Part shown: positions 1-11,886 of the stretch, piece by piece
Layout: the number at the start of each line of letters is the position of its first letter
How positions within the stretch are numbered: the first letter of the stretch is position 1
DNA from: Conidiobolus incongruus B7586
Taxonomy: Eukaryota
Direction: 5' to 3'
DNA length: 32,278 nucleotides
Assembly (NCBI GenBank): GCA_000697335.1
Contig: JNEM01013732.1
Span: forward strand, 62,001 to 94,278
Program-made: the position numbers and the translations under genes
Notes under the pieces: model-generated
What the model was told of the DNA's origin: nothing
The model's database searches: none
What the model saw: only the letters and a program-made list of their open reading frames with translations

Positions 1-459
1 GCTGTAGGCAATAGAACAATATAGTACTCTAATATGATCAGAAATATCTTGGTCTGGGCTAATATGCTAACCTATTTTAAAAATAAAAGTTAGATTAAAA
101 ATATTTAATTGATATATACTTTAATTTTAGTAGTTGATGTAAATTCGAGTTAATAATTATACCAAATATAACATTTTTTTCCTGCAAAATTGATAAATTA
201 ATTTTCAAAATAATTACAATTAAAATTATAAATTTATATTAATAAATTGATTGATTTTAAAATTCTTTAATGAATTTTTACAAATATAAAATTTTTAAAC
301 CTTAGTATTAATTTTAAATCAAAAAGAGTTTATCATACAAAAAATATCAAGAGTTAAAAAAGAAATCACTGTTATATAAATTAACATATCAAATAGTGTT
401 ATTTTAAGTAGTATTGGTTAAATCATTGTGTGTTGCTGGATAATATCTAATTACTTAGC

Positions 460-1890
460 TTAGAAATGGTTAGAGAAAGCTTGATTCAAGGAGGTGTTCT
501 CGTCCACGAAAGCTGCTTTAAATGATTTGTCATTGTGAACAAAATTAGTTCCTCCGTTATTTACTTCGAGACTGCGTTTCCACCAGAATGGATGAGCACC
601 TGTTACTTGAGATGCTTGGGTAAGAGAGTCATTTTCAGCGAGTTTGGCAACTTTTGTGGATTTATCATTGAAAACAACGTTAGTTCCGTCATTGTTGACT
701 TGAAGACTGCGTTTCCACCAGAAAGGATGGGTTCCTGTTGCTTGAGATACTTGGCTAACAGAGTCATTTTCGGTAAAATCAGCAACTTTCAACGACTTAT
801 CATTGACCACAAAGTTGGTTCCGGTGTTAGATACTCCCATTGAACGTCTATTCAATTGGCTACCAGAGACGCCAGAGGCAGTAGTACTTAAAGTGAGAGC
901 GTTACTCATTCCGTTATTGATTACATCTCCTTGGTTAGTTGATTGGACATTAGTGCTTTGATCACGGAAGTTGGCAGCTAGACTAGATGGATCGTTGATT
1001 TGTGCACGACGAGCAAAGATTTGGTTATCTACGCCCTGAGCTTCGGCAGTTGCGAGGATTTTGTTGAATAATCCATTGTTAGCGGAATCTCCAAAATTAT
1101 TAGTGTTGAAATTGATAGATTCATCACTGAGTACCCTTCCAATATTTCCTTGGCTATTTCCCTGGGAACGTTTGAACAAACTGTTTGCAACACCACTAGC
1201 AGATGCAAGTGAATTGACAACATTTCCTATTCCGTTATTGGCGGAATCTCCCATGTTTTGGGTACGAATGTTGGATGAGGAATCGCGAGCTACAGATCCA
1301 ATGTTGCCTTCGTCGTTTACTTGGCCACGTCTAGAAAGTACTCCGTTACTAACTCCAGCTGCTGAAGCAGCAGCGTTTACAACGTTAGCAACGCCATTGT
1401 TAACTGAATCACCGAAGTTCTGGGAGTTGAAATTGAAGGATTCATCACGTGCAACAGATCCAATATTGCCCATGCTGTTACCTTGACTACGTCTAGCAAG
1501 TACTCCGTTACTAACTCCAGCTGCTGAAGCAGCAGTGTTTACAACGTTAGCAACACCATTGTTAACTGAATCACCGAAATTCTGGGAGTTGAAATTGAAA
1601 GATTCATCACGTGCAACAGATCCAATATTGCCCATGCTGTTACCTTGGCTACGTCTAGCAAGTACTCCATTACTAACTCCAGCTGCAGCAGCGGCTGTCT
1701 GAACGACATTAGCCACGCCATTATTAACTGAATCACCGAAGTTCTGGGAGTTGAAATTGAAAGATTCATCCCTTAAAACGGTTCCAATATTTCCCTGGCC
1801 ATTAGTCTGACTTCTTCGAAGTAAAGGACTGGCATTCGTACCAAGCATTAAAGTACAAACGAGAGCAGAAAGAATATTTTGAGGAAACAT
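460..1890 (-). CDS. Secreted Kex2-processed repeat protein (KEP), 476 aa precursor of nine peptides; possible amyloid/repellent-like surface protein or RiPP-type precursor
   Basis: Intact GC-richer ORF. Hydrophobic N-terminus (MFPQNILSALVCTLMLGTNA/SP) followed by LLRR, then nine units, eight ending in RR or KR (54,54,54,53,54,54,45,45 aa) and a 37-aa terminal unit. No Tyr anywhere and no Cys after the signal peptide. Confidence 0.9.
   Translation of the reverse strand: MFPQNILSALVCTLMLGTNASPLLRRSQTNGQGNIGTVLRDESFNFNSQNFGDSVNNGVANVVQTAAAAAGVSNGVLARRSQGNSMGNIGSVARDESFNFNSQNFGDSVNNGVANVVNTAASAAGVSNGVLARRSQGNSMGNIGSVARDESFNFNSQNFGDSVNNGVANVVNAAASAAGVSNGVLSRRGQVNDEGNIGSVARDSSSNIRTQNMGDSANNGIGNVVNSLASASGVANSLFKRSQGNSQGNIGRVLSDESINFNTNNFGDSANNGLFNKILATAEAQGVDNQIFARRAQINDPSSLAANFRDQSTNVQSTNQGDVINNGMSNALTLSTTASGVSGSQLNRRSMGVSNTGTNFVVNDKSLKVADFTENDSVSQVSQATGTHPFWWKRSLQVNNDGTNVVFNDKSTKVAKLAENDSLTQASQVTGAHPFWWKRSLEVNNGGTNFVHNDKSFKAAFVDENTSLNQAFSNHF
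463..843 (-). repeat. Coding tandem repeat class B: three ~135-bp units (45,45,37 aa) of the KEP
   Basis: Units at 709-843, 574-708 and 463-573. Consensus SLxVNNxGTNxVxNDKSxKVAxxxENDSLxQxSQxTGxHPFWWKR; the last unit ends before HPFWW. Confidence 0.95.
844..1812 (-). repeat. Coding tandem repeat class A: six ~162-bp (53-54 aa) units of the KEP
   Basis: Units at 1651-1812, 1489-1650, 1327-1488, 1168-1326, 1006-1167 and 844-1005. Consensus SQGNxxGNIGSVARDESFNFNSQNFGDSVNNGVANVVNxAASAAGVSNGVLARR. Units 2 and 3 differ at only two residues. Confidence 0.95.
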
Positions 1891-2538
1891 TTTAATTAAA
1901 ACTCTAAAATTCGAAGATCACCAAACTAATTATTGAGTAATATTAACTACAACTGCACTTTGCGGTATATATAACAATATAGATAATCCGATAACCCGTC
2001 TGAAACTGTAACAAATTGGTTATTAATCAAATATCCCGGCTAAACGAAATTTGATTCATAGGTAGCATTTTTGAATTCGAGATTGTCAGTTTGATAACTT
2101 TATAAGTCTTAAATTCAATGCTGATCCCAGTTTTAAATAAAACTTCTACAAATGTCGAATTTGGTTTGATAAATTATGTAATTTGGTGATTTTTATCCTT
2201 TTTAGGTAATTTTTCAAGAAAATTTGAGATTTTAGTTGAGAATTTTAATTATAAAAATATGAAATTGATGAGTGATTACTATATAAAATACTCACAAAAT
2301 ATAACAAAATAATAGCTAATTAATTTGTGGCTTATTACAAATAAAGTTTCAATTAATAATGTTATTTATATATTAAAGAATTGATGATTATTTTTTATGA
2401 TATCATAATGATTTTTCAATTGTATTCTGATCAATATTTTTCAAGTTATGGCTGAATATATAATTTTTTCACAAAAAAAATATTTCAAATTTTTATTATT
2501 AAATGATTTATCCTGATTCATTTGGCTAATATATTGAA

Positions 2539-2560
2539 TATATATATATATATATATATA
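2539..2560. repeat. (TA)11 microsatellite
   Basis: Perfect TA dinucleotide run. Confidence 0.9.
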
Positions 2561-3385
2561 ATATTCTTGCAATCTTATATATTTTCAAATTTTTGTATCA
2601 TTATTAATTTCATTGTTCAGTATTTCATATATTAAATAAGTTATCAATCTGTTTAAAATTGAAATTTTTTCGATATATTCAATTAACACTATTAATGAGC
2701 CATAAATATACTTCGATATTAAGTAATCAATTATCAATAATAGTTTCTGTTTTTTGAAAGTTCGGAAATATTTTAAAATGATTCAAATTTGATTAAGATT
2801 GAAAAAATTGATAATGTAATCACTAGTTATTAGATATATAGCTGTGGAAAGGCTAAGTAAAACAATGATTACATTTCATTTGGTTATATTTCATAATACA
2901 AAGAATTTATGTAATGGAAATATCAATTAATATTTAGAAACGATTTTGAAAAGGCAGTTTTAAACATTAGATATATTAATATTGATTAATTGCTCAATTG
3001 CTTTTTGAAAACCTTATTAACTAGATTTGAATAAAATTTACCAAATTAGTGTATTAAAATATCCAATAACACAAAATATTTTAGTATTATATGAGTTAAT
3101 AGTGTTTAAAATTTTAAAATAAATGGTTATATATTTAGTTATTAAGACAAATTTATAATAATCAAAATTAATGATTTTTTGTATTTATATTTAATATATA
3201 ATATTAAGTTAATCTATCTACTAGTGTTTGAAAGGCATAGTATATAGTCATATAATTCTTTTCTTGTTTTTTCAATTCGATTACATGAATTTGTGAATTT
3301 TTTAACTGGATTTAGCAAATTAGAATTGATGAATAGTTATTGAAATTATTTAAATATCAACATAGTTATTTATTATACAAATGAA

Positions 3386-3950
3386 TAAGGTTAGTAAAAA
3401 TATGTTATAGTGATTGATGGGCTATATAAATATGTAATGTGATTCATATTGCAATGGCTATAAAAGTAATTGAAAAAGTTCGATTGATAGTTGCAATTGT
3501 CCACCGTAAACATGGGGGGAAATAGATCTGTATTTAAACAGGGAATCACTAGTGGTTAACGATAGATTACCAAGAAAATACGGAGAAGTTAATGGGTTTC
3601 ACCAAAATGGTGAAAATGGCTTACTGTAAATTGGAATCTTCAAATAAAGTAAATATCTCATGCTTGTCACGACTTAATACTTATGTGAGTGTTATGAGAA
3701 AAAGTTAAAGATAGCTTTGGAATGAAGAAAATTGTATGACCTTTATTTGTTCATACATGATAGTCTTATTTTAGATGCTATTGTAGCTTTTTGTGGGAAG
3801 GAATAATTCACTGGTGAAAAGTAACAAAATATATTTGTTCATGAAATGGGTGACTTTCAATGTCACTTCTTGATTTAAAGTGGTAATCTTAGTTTCTTGA
3901 GGGATTGGCAAAGTTAATTCTCCATCATAATCAAAATTTGATTTATTCAT
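3386..3950 (-). pseudogene. Possible decayed coding remnant of unknown family
   Basis: Locally higher GC than its flanks. The minus strand has a 59-codon ATG ORF from 3950 (MNKSNFDYDGELTLPIPQETK...) and further open stretches, but no recognisable motif. Confidence 0.25.
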
Positions 3951-5251
3951 GAAAAGTATAATTCAATTTACAATATTTAAATTTTCCCAAAGTACATTTT
4001 ATAAAAAATTAAAATAATAGTATCGAAAATTATCAAATAATATTTATATTATTTAGAATTTTTAAAAGTTTTATTCATAAATTAAAATGCTATATATTTA
4101 TTAAATGTTTTCATATCAATTAATATTTTATTAATAGTTTCAATATAGAAAATTTTAAATTTCACTAAATTTGAAAATTCCAATATTTTATCTCATCATG
4201 CAAATACATATTAACACAATAATCATGCATTAGAAATATTAAAGTTTAATATTTAATACCAAGAATTAAAGGGTATATGATAAATATTAATTATATTGAA
4301 TAATATTAATTACAGTAATTTTGAAAATTGGGAAATTATAATACTATTATTAATTAAAGTTAAGTAAAATGTTAATAATAGTCAATTATAACCATTTCAA
4401 GAATTTGATCTGAATTTTATGTCGAGTTATTAACATTAATTTTTACATACCAATATTGGTTAGATTTTGGTATAAACATTTCATTCAAAGAATTCAGTGT
4501 AATTGAACCTTGATAAAGAATTGATAAATGATGTGCCAAATAGATATAATAAAAATATATTAATTGATTATTAATATAGTTAATACACATTATAACTAAG
4601 TATAGTTTGATTAAAGTCATATGTATTCAATTATAATTTTCAATGTTTTAGTCTTGAAGATATCTGAATCCCAAATGTTTGAATTACCAATTAAGTCACA
4701 GTTTTTAGAAGATAACAAATTATTAAAAAATAAACTGTTTTGATTTATGTCTGGAGAAAAAGAGTGTTTAGAATTTAAATAATACTTAAATAAAGTCTCT
4801 TTAAGCTTAATAATCATAGTTATTAATTGGCTAATATTGGTATATATTTCAATAATGATATTCTTGACAACTTAAATAGTATTTATTAAAAAATTTGGCT
4901 GTTTCATGTATAATTATGCAAAATATATTTTACATCTTTGATTTTTGAAACTGGTTTGATGATTTATAGATGATAGTAATTTGAAATTAAAATAATTTAC
5001 TAATTTTGAACATTAAAACATTGAGTATTCATTTTTTTTTCAACTATTATTTCATAACAAGTTGTAAATTAAGCAGCAATTTTTATAACTAAATTTTGCT
5101 CAAAAACATATTATATAAAAAACAATTAAAAAATAATAACTTTAAAAAATTGTGTATTTCATTGCATTTTGCAAAATGAAAATTTCAATTATAAATTTAT
5201 TAAATTTAAACATTTATTTAGATATAAAAAAGTTAAGCTTATTTATAATAT

Positions 5252-5582
5252 TAATACGTCTTGGGAAAGCCGTATCCAGAGTAGTATAACTAAGAGAGAG
5301 ATCTGGGAAATTCCAGGTAAGTGTTAGGGAGATGGGGGATTTATTGATTTAAGTCAAATAGCTGGGAGGACCCAGATTGAACTACTCCTGCTGAGGATAG
5401 CTCTAATTTCGGGTTTTATATAACGCGGGTTGGGTAAGGTGATTCATAAGTTTCTCCGATGACTTGCATCATCGGTCAATTAAAGGATAGAGCGGGAGCA
5501 GATGGTATGTGGGGGAAAATGACTTTAACATTAGGTTGATGTAAGGATAATTGGGTAGAAGGAAGTCACCTGACTCGTGACA
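5252..5582 (-). mobile_element. Solo-LTR-like element, copy 1 (331 bp)
   Basis: Clearly homologous to 25229-25561, including a 37-nt identical block (5460-5496 = 25438-25474). The minus strand begins TGTCACG and ends CGTATTA. ATAT on both sides (5248-5251, 5583-5586). TATA-like (5414-5422) and AATAAA (5340-5345) motifs on the minus strand. Confidence 0.7.
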
Positions 5583-5588
5583 ATATGA

Positions 5589-6742
5589 TTAAATCAGACA
5601 TTGTCTATTATGGGCATCAATTTGTAAGGCAGCTCTTCTTTCAATTCTTCGTACTTCGACTTCATTATAGTTCATCATTCTAATCAAACTGATTTTAATA
5701 GGTTCTGGAACATTCAATAACTCACAAGCTGGCTTAACTTTATCGGATGTAACGTTAGAGGGTAATAAGATATCCTTAAGGACCTATTCCTTAGCGTGAT
5801 TAAGGAATGCTTCGTCAGAGATACGTGCGTTAGGAGATCCCAAAGGAGCAAATAGCTCAGGCTGCTTTTGTAACATATTTGCAGTTTGAACATTTGCCGA
5901 GGCAGTCCATGAAAAGTTGTCCTCTTCGTAAATGTAGCAAAGTGTAGTAGGATTGAAGGCATCCTGGACTGTTTTTGAATAACCAGGTAGATTGGTAGGT
6001 CCAGCTGGATAAACATTGGACCATTGATTATGTTTCATTTAGCGATCGAACCAGATCTTGTCGACGAAAGAGTGGTGAAGCCAGAACAAGGGATCATTGG
6101 GGCTCGCCTTGTCGAAAAAATCGTAGGAGAGACCATCGTGGACACTGGCATGTGGGCGATACTCCATATTTTTCCAGAAGTCATCGGCGTTAGGGGTATC
6201 AATAACATTGATCTCAATATCTTGCTTTGTTCCAGTGAAAGTATTGGGAATATCAGAACCACGTCTTGAACAATGAGAACTGCCAGGCTGACTGTAGTTA
6301 GAGTAGTAGTAGGATTGGAAGCCAACAAATTGTCCCTGCGTAACACAATATCCTTGATTTGAGTTACCACTCTTACCAAACCATTGCCAGATGGGATCCT
6401 TACTCATGTCATTATAATGAATTGTCCAGTCCCAATAGGGAATACGAATATTTGGGTCAATTTTTCTTAATTCAACTTCCAATTCATACAAATACATGCG
6501 ATGCCAGGTAAAAAATATTGCATTACTGTGAATCTGGTAAAAATATTGAACATGCTTTCGAGAAAGTTGGTCCCATTTAGTAGGCCTTGGGCCAGAGTTA
6601 ACCTTCTTGATATCGTTCATGAACTTATTGCGATCAATAATAGACATGTTATAAACGTTGGGTCTACTGCAAACTTGATCGCACTGACCAAGCACAGGAA
6701 TAAGCTGCAAAAGAGAAGTATTCCAAAAAGATGGGGTTTCAT
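5589..6742 (-). pseudogene. Recently inactivated secreted tyrosinase-family paralog
   Basis: Collinear with 20340-21491 from the ATG (6742) to ...HNRQCLI-TAA (5589-5591). Three lesions: a 1-nt deletion in the signal-peptide region (~6711-6717), CAA>TAA at 6039-6041 and TAC>TAG at 5784-5786. CuA (HVQYFYQIHSNAIFFTWHR) and CuB (HASVH...DPLFWLHH) are still intact. Confidence 0.9.
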
Positions 6743-9344
6743 TAATCGAAATTTACAAGATCACAGAAACTTTTAAATGATTGAGTCAAGTCAGTTGACT
6801 TTAAATATAAGTTCTTTAGGCTAATTAAAATTATCCAAACAAATTTTAATATATTAATTATTATAGCAATGAATTCTCTATCATATTAAATAATTAATCA
6901 AATTCTAATTCCAAGAAATGAGGCTCTATTTCTCCAATTTTATATGCAAATAATTAAGATCTTGAATTATTGAGATAAAATAAAAATATTTTCAATATTT
7001 TTTACCAATAATCAATAGTACAATTCATATTAGATTACTGGCGGGGCTAAATTGCATAATTCGTATTGAATATTTCTTGGTACAATTTAGATTAAGGTTG
7101 CTGCTATTTTTAGGTATGATATGTTGTAGCATAAGTATATACGATTTGTATCGTTTTTAAATTGAGATGAGTGGTGTTGTAGAAACATTTTGACATACTT
7201 CATTTTCTTCATCCGTCAAATAAATTTTAATGTTTTTAAAAATTCTAAAAATATTTTTTAATTTTCTCATTCATTATATATTTTATTAATTTTATTAATA
7301 GTTTAATAATGTTTTAGAAATACATATTTTATAGGACTCAGATTTAATTTTAAAGATAGATACGGTTTTCAATATGTCTGTGTGCGAGTACAGTGGTTTT
7401 ATTATCACTTCATTAATAAGGACATTATAGGTTTACTTCAATTGAATGTAAAAATTCAGTCCATTCATCCGAATATAGTTATTTTAATAGTAATATAATA
7501 TTAATAATATATAAGCGACTAATTAGAGAAATAATGTATGGGAAATGTATTTAGTTCTATCTCTTACATAGTAATTAATATTAGTTTGTCCATTTAAATT
7601 GTGATAGATTTTGTAAAATAACTACTAAGAAATTTTCAATCTGTTGGAGTGGATCAATTATCAATCTTAACTATATTTTATATTGAATCACATTTAATTT
7701 TAGAAAATAGATTCTTTGATATTTTAAGGTTTGTAATAGTATCACATTTTAATCAATATTAATATATTCCGTTTTAAATCAACAATATTGTATTTTTAAT
7801 TTACGAATATATCTAAAAAAGTGAAATTCAAAATTTAATGACCAATATTGTTTATGCTATGTATTTGAATTTTTCACGTATAATGCTTTAAATTCTTGAT
7901 TGTATAACATATTTTTCATTATTCAGCTATAATATAATAAAACTAAATAATATTTTAAAAAATATCCAAGATTAGCGAAATTCAGATTATATATAAATTT
8001 TGAAATATATATCATAATATTTCATATTATAAACAAGCTAAGTAATTGTATACTGGAACAATGATATTTCAACCTTGAGATTGTGATATTCAAAAATATC
8101 AAAATCACTCTAATTGATTAGCATTTATTGCCAACATGATTAATATTTTGTATTCTATTAACATAAGCTTTGAATATAAATTTTAAAATATATTGATATA
8201 ATTCTTGTTATTTATATTTTATATAATATACTACTAAATGATATTCCCCTTAATATTGATATATAATATTGTTAGAAAGATTCCTATTTAAAAATTCAAA
8301 CCCATTGTTAATATTTTTAGGTTTTTTAAATATAACAGAAATAATTTATATTTTACATTATTGAACTTTATAAGAATTATTATATATAAACTATAGATAA
8401 AAATCCCAATTTGGGAATGTTAAGGATTAAGTTTCATTACTTAAATTAATAATAAGTGTAAAATACACAACAATATACTATATATAGAATATAAGCAATG
8501 CTTAGTTTATATATTAAAGTATATTGATCAATAATTGGAGTTTTGATTAAAACCATAAAATTTGATGATATTTCATATCATCATCACTATCAAGATTCTG
8601 TAACCAAACCCTAATTTTTTTCCAAAAGTAAGTCCTAATCCTTTGCAAAAGAGATTTAGCACAAAAAACAAACAATATAAGGTTAAATATAACCTGATTA
8701 GAAATGAGGGAAGAATAATGTTGTCTTCCTCATTCTTATTAGATGTGGATTTGCCAAACAACCAATCCCAAATTATAATCGTTTTCTTTTTTCTCAAAAT
8801 CTTAAATAAAGTTCATACTATTCTACTTAACAATAGTCAATGTAGTTTATTAATATAAAATAGATGTTTTGCTTAAAGCATAATTTTTAAGCAAATTGGC
8901 TATTTATAGTTTGTTAGATAATATGAGATTAGTAATCAAATGATAGTAAATTTGTGGGGGGGGGTTTGTTAGTAAAGAATAGTGTCTTCAAATTAATTAA
9001 TAATTAATACCTTGATTTTAATAGTTGAACTAGTTTTTTCTTGAAAAAGGAATAAATATGCATTTGATTACTAAGTAATCTATAATAATAAGTAAATAGA
9101 TTAGTAAGGAAAGTGTATTACAACAGATTATTGCAATTATCATTTAAAAAATATATAATATAATATAAATATACCAATAGTTATATTTAAATATACTTGA
9201 TTCATAGCATTATAATTATTACTTAAAAAATATATTAAATTGATATTAAGATAAGATATAGTAAGTTTTATTTAAAGAAATAACTACAGGATTTTAATTC
9301 AAAAATTATTATTATTATACATCCTAATATTAATTATAATATTA

Positions 9345-10596
9345 TCTTAAATTTGAAATAATGGGAAAATTTTTTAATTTTTGATTTTTCAAACATATCA
9401 TTAGTCGTAAATAAACAAAAATATACAAAATAAATAAGAAATTATATAGTTTTAAATTATATATATAATAACTTTTTTGATTAAAGAATTAACTTTTTAA
9501 AATTAATTGTTTAATTTAATTATACTTAAACTAAATAATAATTATCAAAAGTTTTTTATTTCAGTATTAATAAAACTTAACCATAAATAATTTAAAATTA
9601 TTTGAAATTTATAAATAACTTTTGTTAATAAAACATTATTTAAAATAACTTTTTATAAATAGGTAAATTACTTAAAAGTTAAAAAAAATTATTTAAAACT
9701 TATTAATATTTAAAAAATTAGTTTTAACTATTACTCTTTTAATTATTAATAGAGTAAAAGGTTATATTATAAAACACCTTTTTATTTTAATTAAAGAGCT
9801 ATTTAATGACTTTAATATTAATTTTATAAATATTTTATATATATTAAAATTTAAAATTAAATCAATAAATAATAATATAAAATAAATACTTTATAATTTA
9901 ACTAAAGCTTAAAAAAAGTTAAAGAAGTTATTATTAAATAAAGTTTACTAGAATACTATTAAAAACTTAAACTTTTATAACAGATAATTATAATTAATAA
10001 ATCTTGAATTTTTATATATAATTTTTTATTAAAACACAAATTAAAATGCTAGATTAAATTAACTTTTTTTATAAATCCTTTTAAACAAATATTTTATTAA
10101 TAAGTGAATGTTAATTATTATAATAAATTATAATAATATATCCTATTTATATTTAATTATTTAATAAAATTAATTAATAATAAGTTTTATATTTTTTTAA
10201 ATAATATTATTTTTAATTAGTACTTTTAATATAATATAGAAAAATTATTATTTTATATAATAATTATAAAATATATAAATTTAAAGCTACAAAAAATTTT
10301 AATTAAAATAATTAGAAAAAACTAATACATTAGGTATATTCCTTTAATTATAATTTATATAACTATAATTGCTTTAAATAATTAAAAAACTAGCTTATAA
10401 AAAAGAACATTTATACAGGAAAATTTAATTGGTTTATAAAATATTAAATTTTAGTTTTTAATAAAAAGAATTATTTTCTAAGTGTTAGAAATTTGTTAAA
10501 AGTATAATAAAAAGTTATTATTAATAAAAAACTATTAGATTTATATTATATATTTATTTTTAATCATAAAAAATTCTCATTATTTAAAATACAGAG
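9345..10596 (+). mobile_element. Degenerate mariner (DD34D-type) DNA transposon, copy 1 (~1.25 kb)
   Basis: Inverted homolog of 15443-16766. Imperfect TIRs (ATTTGAAATAATGGGAAA / AAATTCTCATTATTTAAAAT) and TA at both ends (9343-44, 10597-98). Reverting T>C/A>G gives W(I/V)PHNL at 9883-9900, IDE(S)W near 9993-10007 and ILHDN near 10250. Confidence 0.8.
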
Positions 10597-10754
10597 TAAT
10601 AGATTGAAAATTGTTATATATTTCAATTTAATTAATGATATATAGAATAAAATAAAGTATTTTCTGATAGATAATAATTGGTTTTTAATGGGAACTTGTT
10701 TTTATAAATTGTTTTTATTTCAACTTTTTCAAATATCTAGATACCCAAAATGCA

Positions 10755-11886
10755 TTAAATGTCTAAATATTCTCAAGGTTGCTAATCAATCATTAAAATT
10801 TATTTTCATTCTATCTTTCTCACTTCATTTTTATTATATTTCATCACTCTGATCATTTCTATTCTGATTAGCTCGTCTAAGTTGGAAAAATCACGCCGTA
10901 GTTTGATTTTATCAGATGTAGAATTAGAGAGAAGTAATATAGTATTGAATACCTAAGGTTTAGAATGTGTATGGAATTTATCTTAAATAGGCGCGATAGG
11001 AGATCCCAAATAAGCGAATGGTTTAGGCTTTATTTCTAATAGATTTGCAATGCTAACAATTGCGAAAGTAATACATAAAAAGTTGTTTTCTTGGTAAACA
11101 TATCATAGAGAGCAAAAATTGAAAATATCTTGAGCTCTCTGTGAATAGCAGGATAGTTCTGTGGGTGATGTTGGATATACTAAATTTCCATTGAGTTGGT
11201 TTCATTTGGACATTAAACCAGACCTTATCAACGAAAGGGTGTTAAATCCCGAATAAAAGGGATCATTCGCTCTTACTTGAGCAGAAAAGTCGAAATAACT
11301 ATCATTGTGCATTTTGGTATGATATAAATATTTTTCCGAAAATCACCGGTATTGAGAATACTAATAATATTGAGTTGAAGTTCGCTTATATTCTTGAAAA
11401 TATTGGGAAGGTCTGAATATCGCAATGATCAGTAAGGTCTACTATTTAATCCGGATTATTATAATAAATATTGAATCTGACAATTTCCCTTTTGTGTGAT
11501 AAAATCTTTTATTTGGGCTACTACCATCACCTAATGGGATCTTTACTCATATCGTTATATTAAATAATCCAATCCCAGTAGGAAATACCAATAAAGGCCA
11601 ATGCTCTTTGATCCAGTTTCAAATTTATACAAATATAATTCCTGACGAAAATTTGATATCACCATGAATTGGATAGAAATGTGTAATACGTTTTCGGACA
11701 ACGAGCTCGCAATTATTCGGGCTTGAACCAAAGAGTTTACCTGTTTGATAGCATTAAAAAATGATTGCTATTGATATTAGGAATTTTATGAATATTGAAT
11801 CTACTGAGAGCAGCATAATATTAGATAAAAGCCTAAGTAAACTGTAAAAAGAGTTTAGAAGAAATATTCCGAGTTTCGTATTTCAT
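10755..11886 (-). pseudogene. Old, heavily degraded tyrosinase-family pseudogene
   Basis: Minus-strand remnants collinear with the intact paralog: ATG at 11886; SRFNIHK; ISYWDWII*YNDMSKDPI (~11535-11586); NDP...HPFVDKVWFNVQMK (~11200-11270); EMIRVMKYNKNEVRKIE...LMID...LDI-TAA (10755). Many stops and frameshifts. Confidence 0.88.

Noticed and set aside
535..1769. Overlapping ORFs 535-843, 603-785, 1029-1223, 1061-1486 and 1539-1769
   Set aside because: Antisense or alternative-frame shadows of the repetitive KEP gene; no independent motifs.
1327..1812. Regular direct repeats as a CRISPR array
   Set aside because: These are in-frame 162-bp coding units without unique spacers, in eukaryotic context with no cas genes.
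460..1890. Classic ustiloxin/phomopsin-type dikaritin precursor
   Set aside because: No Tyr in any unit, no short core flanked by acidic ED motifs, and no DUF3328/UstY gene visible in the window.
4417..4817. Short AT-rich ORFs of 66-67 aa
   Set aside because: Low-complexity I/N/K/Y composition expected by chance; no motif.
5714..6776. ORFs 5784-6038 and 6039-6710 as separate genes, or as an intron-containing or readthrough gene; shadows 5714-6016, 6024-6269, 6035-6379 and 6501-6776
   Set aside because: The two main ORFs are collinear fragments of one paralog with point lesions and no extra sequence that could be spliced out. Two different stops plus a frameshift make recoding implausible. 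The rest are shadows.
8573..8858. ORFs 8573-8797 and 8643-8858
   Set aside because: Non-ATG starts, no recognisable domain; at best an unidentifiable remnant.
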